DNA of 64,000 nt from assembly GCA_964016885.1 (NCBI GenBank), contig OZ024740.1:358608001-358672000 (forward strand). The letters run 5' to 3'. Each line of letters opens with the position of its first letter. The first letter of the stretch is position 1. This document shows, piece after piece, positions 43,256-56,947 of this stretch. Below the pieces are notes generated by a model, which was given only the letters and a program-made list of their open reading frames with translations, searched no databases and was not told where the DNA came from. This stretch comes from Eledone cirrhosa. Its lineage: Eukaryota. Position numbers and translations under genes: made by a program.

Positions 43256-44113
43256 AGGGTTGGTGCGCAGTAAGTGCGACGACGCTCTCGGAGAGGCTCT
43301 GGGCATGGAGGAAGACGAGCTAGCCAGTCTGTTCGGTAGGACGTTTGGCCCGGGACCGATGGACAACTTCTAAAAGTCCCTGGCTTGGCAGTGCTACCGA
43401 GGAGCTCTACCCGTTCGGGACAAGATCTACAGACACGGGCGCCCGGATAAGGACCCCTCGAAGAAGATCTGTCCGAGATGCGTGCGTGACGAGGAAACCG
43501 TCGCGCACGCATTCGTACACTGCCCGGACGTTGCTGACCTGTGGGGATATGTGGAACGACTACTGTTTCGGGTGGGACCAATCCGGTTGACCACCGAGTA
43601 CATTGTCATGATCAAATCGCCTCCCCCCTTCAAAAACGAAGGAGAGGCGGTTTTCCTCTGTGTGGTAGCTATGGCGAAAGAGGTTGTATGGTGGACGAGG
43701 TTGAAAGGGCTGAGGTCAGACACTTCTCTCCGGCGTTATTTTTTTTGTTTTTTTTTCAAGTACCATTTTAGAAGAAGGATCAGAATGGAGAGAGAGGTGC
43801 TCTACCCCAGCAAGTTTTATGAAAGGTGGGTGAAAGTGGCGAGAATGAGCCGAGTGAATGGGCCTTCTCTCTATATCAGCCTAAAGGTGAGAGAGGAGAG
43901 GAAGGGAGCACCCGCTCTTTGTACTCCTGAGGAGGAGGGTTGCACATTTTTTTCGGGGGTGTGTGTGACCCACGTCAACGCCCCTTCCCCATTGAGGACT
44001 TCGATTGTTGAATTTGATTTGTTATATGTTTTTACACGTCCATTGAAATGTATGTAAACTCCCCTCTTGTATTTGTCCCAATCTTTGATGTCCTGGTGGC
44101 AAATAAAAGAAAG
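43247..44113 (+). mobile_element. 5'-truncated Tx1/L1-clade LINE (3' ~870 bp)
   Basis: Homologous to 49197-50053 (CPRCVRDEETVAHAFVHC). AATAAA at 44102. Confidence 0.9.
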
Positions 44114-44216
<103 letters not shown>

Positions 44217-44453
44217 ATCTAGCTGTCGTCTGTTCTACAGTGTGGATGTAATTCACTTCGCGCAGAAGTCTTGTTCAAATTTATTGCGGAAATTTTGTGA
44301 GTTCAAATTTAATTTTGATACTATTGTGTAGCTTGACCCCCCGTCTGAACTGTCAGACGGTGGGTCAGCTCATCTTTACCCCTCCTAGAGGTGAAAAACC
44401 TGTTTTTTTTATTTTGTGGCAAAAAAAAAAAATTTTTCAATCGTCTGACAGAA

Positions 44454-46364
44454 ATGTTAAACGAAGCGAACGAAAATAGTGGTGGGGGGACAGCGGTAAG
44501 AGTTGTAAGCTCGCACGCTTTAGTCCCCCCTTCCTTCCCAACTAACGTCATAGAGAAGGAAGGAAAAGATAAAATAAAAACAAACGAATCTGCGGAGAAA
44601 AATGACGAAAACACAAATCTGGACATGGATTCCAACAACGGAAAAAAAAAATTTGAAAAATTGCATGACAATATTAATACCACAAACAAAGACACAACAA
44701 ACACAAAAATAACATTTGAAAACAACATCATAACAGAAAGCAAAGCAGACGACAGAGTCAACAAGATTTCATTTGCACAAACAACAAAGAAATCTTTGAC
44801 ATATATACCCGAAAATATTTCAGATGTGGCACGAAGAATCACAGACACCAAACAATACATAAGTGAAGGAGAGAATGGTGTTTTATCGGTAAAAAATGCT
44901 TCAAGAACTCACCAAAGACATTGAAAGTCGAACAGTCGTGTTCCGCACCATCAACAACACTTCAAAAAAACCTGAACAACCTTCTCAAGCAGATATCAAA
45001 ACAGTACTCACAGAAGTACTTAATGAAACCACTTTCATAAGAAAAGACAGACTGTATGGAAGCCTAGCAATTATTATGAAGAACGAATCGGCGCCAAAAA
45101 AATGTGCTTTGTCACCGATTCGTTTGAAAAATTTTACCTTTTATCCATCTTATATGGGTAAAAGAACTCAACGCATATGGCTGGATGCAATGATGCCAGA
45201 TGTGGACTACTGCTGGCTCATAGCTGGCTTCATCGATCCAGTGAATGACAACGTGATTTCCATTGGGAAAACCACAGGCAATGCGTTCAGTGGAACAGGT
45301 ATAGAGCTGGTAGTGCAAATGAAGCCTGAACGCATCGCCCAAATACCCGACATGATCCTATTAGAGGGCCACGGGTATATAAACATTAGCGTGGAGGGGA
45401 GAAGGCCGTCCTGTCATATCTGTGCAGGCAGAGGGCACCTGAAGGCCGCTTGTCCCCAACTCAACAAAAAGAAAACCCTGCTACCAACACCAGCTCCACC
45501 ACCACCACCACCACAACATATAAACAAACAACAAAACTCAGTCCCACCCAACCCGTCCCTCAGTAAAACTACACCACCACCACCACAACACAAACAGTCA
45601 CAACACATTACCCCAAAACAAAATACAGGCCCACCCAACCCTCACTCAATAAAACAACACAACCACCGCAGACACAACACACAACACAGTCTAACATAGT
45701 GACATCCATCTCCCCCACAAAGAAAACCAACACGGAAACATTACCAGCAAACATACCTCTTCCCTCCAACACTGAAGATAACCCAACGAATTCGGAGGAA
45801 GAAACGGAGTCCTTCAGACAGATTAAAAGGAAAAAAAGAAAACATGTGCAAAACACACAAGGCCAAACAACCCCCACCCAAATGTCAACACAATCCAACA
45901 AAACAGAAAACACCCCTCCAGCAACAAACAAAACCAAACCTGCCCCTCCCCTCTTCGAAACACTCACACCATCCGAAAAAAAGACATTACACTATACTTA
46001 CATCAACAGAAACAATAATAAATTAAATGAACTCATAAACAATAATCCTTCGGTACAAACCGAAGGTGTAAACTTTGTTTCTTCAGAAAACTACCCACAT
46101 TTAAAATTAATAAAGATCCCAATGAACCTCTACCAAAAACTAAAAAAGGATTTTAAGGAGGACGTAGGACCACCCTCTGTCAAACCCATAAACCGCGTCC
46201 TACTAAAAAGCTTCCCCCCTCCCCTTCCCCTCCCCAACACAACTCCAAACACCCCAACCCCACCACACACTGACGCCCCCACACCACCACAAGACACCCC
46301 TTCACCCAACACCCCCGACCCCATGGAAGTCGTGCGACCCGAACCCCGGGAAGCGGAAAGGTAG
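44454..46364 (+). pseudogene. Tx1 ORF1 (gag-like CCHC zinc knuckle), two frameshifts
   Basis: VEGRRPSCHICAGRGHLKAACP. Pieces 44454-44924, 44896-45699 and 45699-46364. Confidence 0.8.
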
Positions 46365-46397
46365 GTCTCTACACTCTCCTTTGGCTCTGCCGCCCAC

Positions 46398-49300
46398 ATG
46401 GATGTGTTAAGAGTAGGATGTTTGAATGCACGTGGCCTGGGCTCAACTTGGAAGCAAGCAAAGCTTCTAAATGACCTCAGGTCATGTGGTATAAATGTAA
46501 TGGTTATCTGTGAGACTCGGATCAGCGTCGTGCGGCAGCTGGCCCCTACCTTCGATGACTTTGAGGTGCATGCATATCTCTGTCAACCTGGAGGTGGGGG
46601 TGGGGTTGTCGAACTGCTGCAAAAACACTTGGGTCTTGCCGTACAGGTTGTGCACTCGGACCCGGAGGGTCGTTTGTTGGTGCTAGACGTTGGCAGTAGT
46701 GAAGGTGCGGCCTTAAGACTGGTCGCCGTCTACTCCCCTTTCGGAGCTGAACGGCCCGACTTCTTCCAGCGTTTAGAGACTTTTCTGGGAACGTCGCGTT
46801 CCCTGCTTCTAGCGGGGGATTGGAATGACATCCTAGATGCACGTTGGGACTATGCAGGAGCATGTCCTAATAGAGGGGGGGGTGTAACAGCCTCAAGGGG
46901 TTACTCGACCGTTTTAACTTGGTCGATAGATATCGACTAGATTTTCCAACTGTGCCTACCTGGACTTGGAGAAACCACAGTGGTCAATCTAGATCGTACT
47001 TAGATAGATTCTTAGTTAGAAGTAAGGATAGGGACATATTAAGCTGTCCAGAAATGCGCACGGTTGGCTACACGGATCACAAATTAGTGACCTGCGTAGT
47101 CAATCTCGAGAAAACACATAAACAGGGTCCCGGTTACTGGAAACTTAATTTGTCTTTACCGGCAAAAGAGACTTACAGAAACCGGATTAGCAGATTAGTT
47201 AAGGAGAGGTTGACGGGTGCAATCGTCAACAACCGATGGTGGGCATCTCTCAAAAGAGAGATTAAAACAGAATCAATAAGTTATAGCAAGATGTTAGCTG
47301 CCGATAGGAATAGAAACGAGAAAGAATTAACAGGTAAATTAGAAGAGGCAATCAAGAGCGAAGATGTGGCCAGAGTGCTGGAATCGAGGACGGCCTTGAA
47401 CCAGTTTTTCGATGCAAAGCACGAAGGCTGCGTCATTCGAAGTAAAATACGTGCTCTAGGTAATGAGGAGGCCAAAGCCGTTGGCTGGGCCCGCGTGACA
47501 GAAGCTAAGAGTGGAAATCGATCCACCATCCGGTCGTTGCAAGACGAAGATGGACGGGTGATCCGGGAGCCTAAGCAGATGTGCGAGGCCTTTCAAAGGC
47601 ACTTTGCCCGATTGTTCGGGGGAGGCGAGGGTCCGGGCGGGGACGTGGATTTCGGTCCATACCTCGACGGCCTGCCGCGTCTCTCGAGTGAAGAGGCAGA
47701 GTCCTGCGAGGGACCAATCTCGGCTGATGAGATCGGAGATGCGCTGAGCCAATGCAACAGACGCAAATCTCCAGGTCTCGATGGTACACCTTACGAACTT
47801 TATTTAGCAATGCCGGTCTTCTTCTCCGAACTCCTCGAAGCGGTCTACTGCAATTGGGAGCAGAACGGGAGAATTCCTTGTTCTGTAGCCAAGGGCGTAG
47901 TCACGCTGGTGAGGAAGGACGAGAACAAGGGAGATAGTATAAATAATTTTCGGCCCATAACCCTGCTAAACACAGAGTTAAAGATTTTGGCCAAGGTGTT
48001 AGCAAAGAGGTTGGCGCTTGTCGTGGGTGGCCTGGTGGGAGATGCGCAGACATGTGCTATCCCATCCAGGTCCATTCACGATAACCTCCACCTCATGCGA
48101 TACATCATAGAGAGGGTTGGCAACAAACCCGGCTTCGGTGGGGCCCTGATCAACTTGGATCAGTCTAAGGCCTTCGATAGGGTCGACCATGGTTACCTGG
48201 ATGCGGTGCTAGCGGCGGCTGGGTTCGGTCCTGTTTTCAGAGGCTGGATCACTGCCTTACATAGCAACCACATCTGTTCTAGGATCAAGGTGAACGGATA
48301 CCTTTCGAAGCCGTTCGAAATCACACGATCCATTCGACAGGGGTGCCCTCTCTCCTCCCTTCTGTACGTATTGACTCTCGAGCCTTTACTGAGGAAGTTG
48401 GAGTTGTTGCAGGGTATCCCCCTGGAACCAGGATTGAGAAAAGCGGTGTCGGCCTACGCCGATGACGTAACAGTAATGGTATCGACCGACTCGGAGATCG
48501 AGGCGATCGGTACCTTACTGGAGGATTACGAAAGGTTGTCAGGAGCGAAACTGAACCGGGAAAAATCCATCGGGCTGCAACTCGGAACGTGGAGAGGCAG
48601 ACCGATGCCTCCCGACGGTGTCGTCGGACACTGGACGGAGGGCCCGGTAAAGTTGCTTGGGGTCTGGTTTGGACCGGACCTCCAGGTGGAAAAGAACTGG
48701 AACGAGGTTACGAACAAGGTGTTTGCACTAACCCAGAAATGGGCCAAGTGTAAGCTGTCCCTAAAAGGCCGGGCGGAGGTGGAGAACATTTATATAGCGT
48801 CCGTCACTTACTACCGCCTGACTGTCGTGCCTTGCCCTAAGGAAACACTCACCACCATGGAACGCATGCTCTTCCAATTTCTTTGGAAGAAGCGCCCTCC
48901 TATGGTGAGAAGATCCATCTGCTGCCAACAACCTTCGAAAGGAGGGCTGGGGATGCCGTGGTTGATGATACGTAGGTACGCATTAAGGCTACGGCACCTA
49001 CAGGTATTCCTCACTGGTCAATCGGTGTGGGCTCCGTTCGTGAAACGAGCCTTTCCGAGACTCGTCTCGCTCACCGAGCTGCAGTCCTGGGTCAAGCAAA
49101 GATCCGGAAAACTGGGAGACTGGCACACTGAGTGTGCTCAGGCGCTCAGGGCTCTCTGGCAAGCGGGCCAGGCCATCGGTGGAGAATCCACCTCATCATT
49201 CTATAGAGGGCTGGTGGCTAGCAGAGGCGATGACACGCTTGGAGAGTCGCTGGACATGGAAGAAGACGAACTGGCCAGCCTGTTCGGTAGGACTTTCGGC

Positions 49301-49837
49301 CCAGGACCAATGGACAACTTCCAGAAGTCACTGGCCTGGCAGTGCTACCGAGGGGCTCTACCCGTTCGAGAGAGGCTCTACAGACACGGGCGCCGGGGCA
49401 GGGATCCCTCAAAAAAGATTTGCCCTAGATGCGTGCGTCACGAAGAAACCGTTGCGCACGCATTGGTGCAATGTCCGGGCGTGGCTGATCTGTGGGGCTA
49501 CGCCGAACGACTGCTGTCGCGGGTGGCGCCGATTCAATTGACCGCCGAGTCCGTGATGACAATCAAACCGCCTCCCCTCTTCACAAAGGAAGCAAAGGCG
49601 GTTTTTCTGTGCGTAATAGCCATGTTGAAAGAGGTTGTTTGGTGGACACGATTGAAAGGTCTGAGGTCAGGCAACTTCCTCTCTGGCCATAGTCTGGTCT
49701 ACTTCTTCCGATATCACTTCGGAAGAAGGATAAGAATGGAGAGAGAGGTGCTTGGCCACAGGCAGTTTTATGAAAGGTGGGTGATAGTGGCGAGAATGGC
49801 TCGTGTAAATGGGCCTTCTCTGTGTACCATCCTGTAG
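46398..49837 (+). pseudogene. Tx1 ORF2 (APE endonuclease, RT, C-terminal zinc finger), one frameshift near the G-run at ~46876
   Basis: CLNARGL, ICET, GRLLVL, LAGDWN, YLDRF, TDHK, GYWKLN, KSPGLDG, NFRPITLLN, LDQSKAFD, RQGCPLS, YADD, CPRC...HALVQC. Confidence 0.92.
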
Positions 49838-50076
49838 GTAAAGAAGTAAAGGAGAGGGGAGCACCTTCTCCATGTGCTCCCCGGGCAAAGGATTGCACCC
49901 TTTTTGGGGGGTGTGTGCAACCCCCATCACGTCCCTTCCCTTTTAAGGTTATTTTAGATTATTTTCATTTTATACCCTTTTTACTCGATTGTATGTAAAC
50001 TCCCCCTTTGTATTTGTCCCTTCTTTTTATGCCTTTATGGTAAATAAAGAAATATATCTATCTATCTATCTTTCTA

Positions 50077-50192
<116 letters not shown>

Positions 50193-50203
50193 ACAAAGAG
50201 GGA

Positions 50204-50394
50204 GTGGTAAGACCCCAGGTGGACTATAGCGCACCAGAGTACTCAATACTTAGGGTAGTAACGTCAGATCGGATCTAGCTGTCGAAACGGCCGGAGCTCA
50301 ACCTTCAGGGTCCTGACTCCTTTCCTATTACCCACTCTACTACCCTAAGTATCGAGTATTCTGGTGCGTTATGGTCCACCTGTTTACTTACCAC
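50204..50394. repeat. ~55-bp inverted repeat enclosing an ~80-bp spacer; PLE-type terminal remnant related to 22810-22930
   Basis: caggtggactatagcgcaccagagtactcaatacttagggtagta pairs with tactaccctaagtatcgagtattctggtgcgttatggtccacctg. Confidence 0.75.
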
Positions 50395-50434
50395 ACTTTC
50401 TTTATTATATATATATATATATATGTGTGTATTA

Positions 50435-50745
50435 ACCTTGGTCTTCCACTTCTAGTGTGTCCATGTAGGGACTCCCAAAGGAGCACTGAGTGCAATGTCA
50501 ACTCTGGATGTCGGTGAGCATGTCCAGCTAACCTCAGTCTCCTCTGTGTCACTTTTGAGCTGACTTTTGGGATGCTCCCATACAGCTCTGAGTTTTTCAT
50601 CCTCAGTGTATACTGATTAATGTTCAGAGCCATCCTCAGCATTCTCGTGTAGCACCCATCCACCATCTGAGTGAGTTTCTTGGTCAGTGTCCAAGTCTCA
50701 GACCCATACAGCAGCACAGACTCCACTACAGCAATGAACAAGGAC
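50435..50745 (-). mobile_element. RTE-clade LINE 3' fragment
   Basis: VESVLLYGSETWTLT...YTRMLRMALNI...RRLRLAGH...LLWE...GRPR. Confidence 0.85.
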
Positions 50746-50752
50746 AGACAAT

Positions 50753-50975
50753 GAGGGTGGTCGACTAGCAGTATCGGTAGAGCGTCGGAAATCATGCTTA
50801 GTGGCCTATAGGTACGGCCCTTTACGCTCTGAGTTCAAATCCCCCGAGGTTAGCTTTGTCTTTCATCCATACGGGGGCGTTAAAATAAAGTAAAGTACCT
50901 GTAATGCACTGGGGTTGATTTAATCGACTTTCCCCCCCAAAATGGCTAGCCTTTTGCCTATAGTAGAAACCCTTA
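50753..50975 (+). mobile_element. SINE
   Basis: gcagtatcggtagag...gagttcaaatcc...tttcatccatacgggg. Confidence 0.8.
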
Positions 50976-52232
50976 TATAGTTAGAATAATATTTGTTGTT
51001 AGATTTGCAGGAGTGGAAATTATTTAAGAAGCAATACCAAGCAGTTCGCATTTTACATAAATATAAATATTTACGAAGTATATGTCAACTACGATTAATA
51101 TTAATCAGGTTCTAATGTACAGTTTGTGTGTAGAGTTGAATTGACTGTGTTCATTGTATTTTGTTTATAACTCTCATTTTAAAGGAAATAAGTTATTTGA
51201 CTTCACGTGGTAAATTAAATTTTAGTAAAGCGGTGTTTGTGTAGTCTGGCAATGTTGATTTCGCTAATGTCACCTGTTCAATAATTGTCCTGATTCATAG
51301 TGTGCCGAATCCTTCTTACAATTATCTAGAGCACTGGTTCTTAACCCATTTCGGCCAAAGGCCCCCTTTTACCCCTCGAAATCACGAAACGCCCCCTACC
51401 CTATTTTTCCATTTTTCAATATGCTACTGATTTTGATATCAGTAGATTACTGGGCCAAATCAAGTTGTGTTAGATTCTTTTAAAAATTATTTAAAAAATA
51501 CTCGTACGAATTAAGTACAAAAAAGTTTCAGTCCAAAACAAAAACAGGATTTTTTCCTAGAGTGCTTAAAATTATTTGTGACTAATCCCGGTCTTTTAAA
51601 AAAAAACCGCGATAATATTGCTATATGCTGAACTCCATACACATTTGTAGAGTTTTATTCGGAATGTTTTGACCGCTGTTTCTTGTAAACAGACATTCGT
51701 CTCATTCTGACGTCACCAGCCATGTTCTCCATGTGTCTTTAATTTTCATAATTCCGCACGAGGTGAACGAGCCTGCTTTTAAATTCCCTTTCTGGCAATT
51801 TTTAGGAGTGGTTTTGGTTATCGCGTTGAGCTCTACTGATGAACGACTCCAACCGTGACTAACCCCACTGAAAAGTTTCGTGAAATAGTCTTTTTAAGAC
51901 TATATAGAGCATTTGTAGTTTTTCCAAATTGAAGGATGAGTATTTAAACTTTTTATTCTGAGTTAAGACTCTATTGGTTTTTTTCCCTGGATTTCACAAA
52001 ATCTGTGGATAAAATCTCTGTCTTGATTTTTTTTTTTTTAAATTGAATTTGAATTATTTTCCCATATCTTACGTTAAATATTTTCCATTTTGACGTTATA
52101 GTCACTTATATACTATGAAATACTGTTGGCTTTTTGCTCACATTAATATCTCTATTTTCATATATATATATATATAAAATAAGTAAGTCAGATATGTAAA
52201 ATTTGGCTTCGTTTATTGTAAATTATAAATTT

Positions 52233-52287
52233 ACTGCTATATATATTTCGGTGACAGCCATCATTGGTTGTGACCTCTTCAGGCAGT
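52233..52287 (-). ncRNA. Type I hammerhead ribozyme (inverted pseudo-LTR copy)
   Basis: actgc-CTGAAGA-ggtcacaacca(atga)tggctgtcacc-GAAA-tatat-ATA-gcagt. Confidence 0.75.
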
Positions 52288-53705
52288 CCGAATTGGTGTG
52301 GAAAAGACAGATACACATGTTGTTGAGGTGAGTTTCACTCCGTCATTACATCGATATGTCCATTACATCGGTGTGTCGTTATTCCTCTGAGGAACTGGAA
52401 TCATATGCGCTTGAACAAACGAATTTCAGCGTCATAGGACACGCTCGTATCCCATTGGTCATTTGAGAGACCATTCCTCAGTCAAAAGCCTATAGAAATT
52501 CTTCTGAGGCAAGTCAGCCTATTATAGGTGTTTTTGTCAGAACGGAAGCTCAAACTGGACAGGACCCCGTACTCACTGGCCTGGTCCAAAATCAGGAAAG
52601 TACCACCTGATAGATGGAGATCTGGCATCTGTAACCTATGTCAGAGCGAGGTCCTCGAGATACTCAGTGGTGGAAGCAGGCTAATCAACCTCAGGACCGA
52701 CTTCTTTGGTACATGTAGACACCTCAGGGCCGAAACTTTCCTCAAGCTATATGGATAATAACACCACATTGGGATGGGAACTTCCCTCAAGCTACAGGGA
52801 CAGTAGCCCCGTCACACCGAGCCCAAGGTAAACTACCCTCTACACATTCCTCACCTCTACTCCCGCTTCGATCGACTCCTATAGCAACACACCTACTTAG
52901 CAGCTAAAACCATGCCTCACACCGCTGTAGTCAGCCCCTCTCTCTCACTTCCTTAACCAGAACTCAAGTTAGCTGACACTAAATGATGATATAAATAAAT
53001 GAAGTACGTCGGTGGAGTCCTATCCACTGTGCAGACAGGCACCCCAAGTTTTTGACCAACGGGCCTCAACACCCAACCCCGGCTTGTGACCCGAATACCC
53101 GGAGGATATCCTGCCTCGAACCCGACCCCTTCACACGCATGAGTCAGGGATAAATACCACAAGTAAAAAGGAAGCGCCATTTACAACCACTTACCCCTCT
53201 CTCCACCTCCAGAGGGGACTTTGACCCTGTATCGGTGTGTGTGTATCCAAATGTGAGCATATTTGAAATTATGTGTATACGTGTATGTATGCGTGTGTGT
53301 GACGGTGTAGACGCAATATGGGAATGCACCTGAGCTTGTGTTTGTGCGTGTGTGCTTGCAACGGTATGCGTTGAAAAACATACACGCATATGTACTTAAT
53401 GCTGAAATAAGAATTGTAGTCCTTTCTATAGACTTTTGACGGAGGAATGGTCTCACAACTGACCAATGGGATACGAGCGTGTCCTATGACGCTGAAACTC
53501 GTTTGTTCTAACTCATATGATTCCAGTTCCTCGGAGGAATAACAACACACCCAGGATCTGGACATATCGATGTATTGACGGAGTGAAACTCACCTCAACA
53601 ACATGTGTACCTGTCTTTTCCACACCAATTCGGACATATCGCTGAATTGATGGAGTGAAACTCACCTCAACAACATGTGTACCTGTTTTTTCCACACCAA
53701 TTCGG

Positions 53706-53760
53706 GCTGCCTGAAGAGGTCACAACCAATGATGGCTGTCACCGAAATATATATAGCAGT
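53706..53760 (+). ncRNA. Type I hammerhead ribozyme
   Basis: gctgc-CTGAAGA-ggtcacaacca(atga)tggctgtcacc-GAAA-tatat-ATA-gcagt. Predicted cut after 53755. Confidence 0.75.
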
Positions 53761-54001
53761 AAATTTATAATTTATAATAAACGAAGCCAAACTTTACATA
53801 TTTGACTTACTTATTCTACATTACCCCGGAGTAAACAAACCAACCTGCGTACTTCGTCGAGTTCTCCATTCTGCATACTAGGTGTCGGTAAACAACCAAC
53901 ATATACTCAAAATTTATATATATATATATATATATATATGAAGAGAGAAAGGGGGAGAGACAGAGAGAGTAAGAAATGTATGTGTGTGTGTTTGGTACAC
54001 G

Positions 54002-54072
<71 letters not shown>

Positions 54073-54078
54073 CTCCAA

Positions 54079-54475
54079 CAGGGGGTTCAAACATGCGGCC
54101 CGCGAACCACTTTTCTATGGCCCGTGGTAGAACCAATATTTCAGATTCCATTATAACTGGTGAAAAAAAGCTGGTGGAATCGTTAGCACATCTGGCGAAA
54201 TGCTTAGCGGTGCTTCTTCCGTTTTTACGTTCTGAGTTCAAATTCCGCCGATCTCAACTTTGCCTTTCATCCTTTTGGGGTCGATAAATTAAGTAACAGT
54301 TGTGAACTGGGATCGATGTAATCGACGGGACCCTAAACCCTAAATTTCATGCCTTGTTCCTATAGTAGAAATGATTATAACTGGTGAAAATCATCACCCA
54401 CAACCACGTTTGGCCCACTGTACCTCTCCTCCAGGACGTAATGGCCCTTTTATGTCCTTGAGTTTGAGACCCCTT
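54079..54475. mobile_element. hAT (Charlie-like) MITE interrupted by a SINE
   Basis: Termini cagggggttcaaac...gtttgagacccct, with internal gcggcccgcg and tggccc motifs. Confidence 0.55.
54167..54373 (+). mobile_element. SINE with 17-bp TSD
   Basis: attataactggtgaaaa at 54150-54166 and 54374-54390. Confidence 0.88.
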
Positions 54476-54507
54476 TTCTACACACACACACACATATATA
54501 TATACAC

Positions 54508-54760
54508 TTTACTTATTTTCTGTCTCTGGACTACGCTCATGCTGGAGCATCACCATGGTAAGTTATGGGGACGTCAACAAACCAACAAGCATTGGTGGGA
54601 GGGCAAACACAAACGCAAAGACACACAGAGACATATATACATATATACGACGCGCTTCTTTTAGTCTCGGTCTATCAAATCCACTCACAGGGCTTTGGTC
54701 GGCCCGAGCAGTGGGACTGAACCCGGAAACGTGGTTGGGAAGCAAGTTTCTTGTCACACT

Positions 54761-54765
<5 letters not shown>
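54508..54765 (-). mobile_element. Second tRNA-derived SINE family (octopod CORE-like), internally deleted
   Basis: Minus strand reads aagaaacttgcttcccaaccacgtttccgggttcagtcccactgc...gggccgaccaaagccctgtgagtggatttgatagac. Confidence 0.65.
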
Positions 54766-54845
<80 letters not shown>

Positions 54846-54854
<9 letters not shown>

Positions 54855-55208
54855 AATGAATAATAACAGGTAGACATCATAAAAAGGTAATTTATTCTGT
54901 GTGCTTACAAATGTTTCCACGGTGGTACTACAGCCTAGTTATGCTATGTGCAAATTTACAAGTATTTGCAGAACTCAAATATCCAATGCTGTGACCACTG
55001 TATCCTCAGAGCAAAATGGTAATTGTACATTTTACCATTCTGCTCTGAGAATACAGTGGTCACAGCATTGGATATTTGAGTTCTGCAAATACTTGTAAAT
55101 TTGCACATAGCATAACTAGGCTGTAGTACCACCGTGGAAACATTTGTAAGCACACGGAATAAATTACCTTATTATGATGTCTACCTGTTATTATTCATTC
55201 TTTATATA
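54846..55208. repeat. Near-perfect spacerless palindrome, ~180-bp arms
   Basis: Centre tgtaca at 55024-55029. Arms differ at only a few positions. Confidence 0.95.
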
Positions 55209-55344
55209 CACTCTGGAATACAGAAGGATCAGGAACTAAGTTTCTTCAACAATTCTTCCATAACTCGTAGAGTAACCTCTCACCGTACGTCAACCATATC
55301 CAGTGTAGTAATTAACCATTACTACATCTTGGATAATCCTATAC

Positions 55345-55420
<76 letters not shown>

Positions 55421-55429
55421 CTTCATCTT

Positions 55430-56935
55430 ACAGACCCACACTCCCCCCGGCCTGACTCCCCACCCTTATTCCTTTAGCGTTCGACCCCCCCACTTATCCC
55501 CCACTAACACCACTAACACACCCCTCCTTTTCACCGCCCACCCCACACTAACAATACTAACACCTCCACTCCACCCCTCATCTGACCCCCCCTTCCCCAA
55601 CTAACATACTAACATCCCTTCCCTCCCCTCTTCTCCTCCTCCCCCTCCTTATCACACGCACACACGCACCCACTTACACCACCCACCCCACACGCAACTA
55701 ACATCACTAACACCCCCCAACCCCACGCACACGTATCCACACACCCTCGTACACCACCAACTCTACACACCCTACCACCACTAACCCCCACTCACACCTG
55801 CATTCCACCCCTCCCCACCTCCCGTATACTAACACCCACTAACACCTCTTCACCAAACTACACACACACCAGTACACCACACTCCCTCCATAGAACCACA
55901 CACACCCTTCTCTCCCCGCTCCACACTCACTCATCCCACTAACACCCCTACTAATACACACACACACACACACACACACCCTCCTCACTCCAACTCTCAC
56001 ACCTACCCATCCTCGCCTCCCTACCATTCCACCGACTATGCCCTTCCGACCACCTCTCAGCACCAACTGACCACAGCACTCCCACTGTTGACCACTTCCT
56101 GTTGCGCGCGCACCCCACATCTCTCCTCTTCCGACCACCGCTTCTTGGATTACCCACACGCGAAATTGACTTCTAACCAAATCTCCAAACATCCGTGGAA
56201 CTTACCAACTTTTCAACCATCCTCTTACGCCATCACCTATATAACTCACCCACACATACACCCCCAAACATTTTTTTTATCCACACGCCACCCACACCCA
56301 CAACACGCTTAAACCACACACACGTGCTTCCCACCACATATTTACACCCTCAGCCTCCTGATTCCTCTCCCCCCACCCCCTATCCACACACGCACAGACA
56401 CTCCGACCCACAAAAACACCCCCCACACACACCTTCCTGAACATGCAACCCCGTTCTTCCCCCAACCCTCACTTTCACATACACACACACACACACGCAC
56501 ACCTAACCACACACACCACCTTCAGCCCTCCCTGCTCGGACACCCCGTCTCTTTCTCCCCACTCCACCCGCCACCACCCCTACTCACCCCACACCCTTCC
56601 ACCACCTGTTTACCCCCCTTTTAATTTCAGTTTATTTTGATCATGCCTTTATTTTAAAATTTTCTCATTCCTTGTATTTTGATCATGCTTTATTTTTATT
56701 TATTATATTTGTTGTCTTTATTTGTTAATTTTTCATTCGCACCGTTTCCTTTCGCTATATGTCTCTCCACCACTCCCCTACACACCTTTTGAACTCTGTT
56801 CCCACACACTTCTCACCTGAAGAAGGGCTTATGCCCGAAACGTCGTCCCCCACCTACCCCCCACTCTCCTGAGCGTGAATTTAATAAACATTTATTGTAC
56901 TGCCTCTCTGTTCTGTCCCTGTTCAATTTTTCATT
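55430..56935 (+). mobile_element. C/A-rich PLE-type 3' region ending in a minimal HHR and AATAAA
   Basis: Strong C/A strand bias, HHR motif at 56815-56846, aataaa at ~56883. Confidence 0.55.
56815..56846 (+). ncRNA. Minimal PLE-type hammerhead ribozyme (stem III can form only as a dimer)
   Basis: ac-CTGAAGA-a-gggc(ttat)gccc-GAAAC-GTC-gt. Confidence 0.6.
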
Positions 56936-56947
56936 ATATATATATAT

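Larger units (their letters stand above)
52178..53815 (+). mobile_element. PLE remnant: inverted pseudo-LTR (52178-52498), GIY-YIG C-terminal fragment (~52520-52760), pseudo-LTR (arm 53423-53815)
   Basis: Arms are reverse complements. W..IRKVPP.....GICNLCQSE..EI......LINLRTDFFGTCRH. One HHR in each arm. Confidence 0.85.

Noticed and set aside
47281-49930. Antisense and alternative-frame ORFs over the Tx1, Helitron, CR1 and R4 ORFs
   Set aside because: Shadow ORFs of transposon coding sequence with no motifs of their own.
51332-51400. hAT-like terminus cactggttcttaacc
   Set aside because: No matching second TIR or TSD found.
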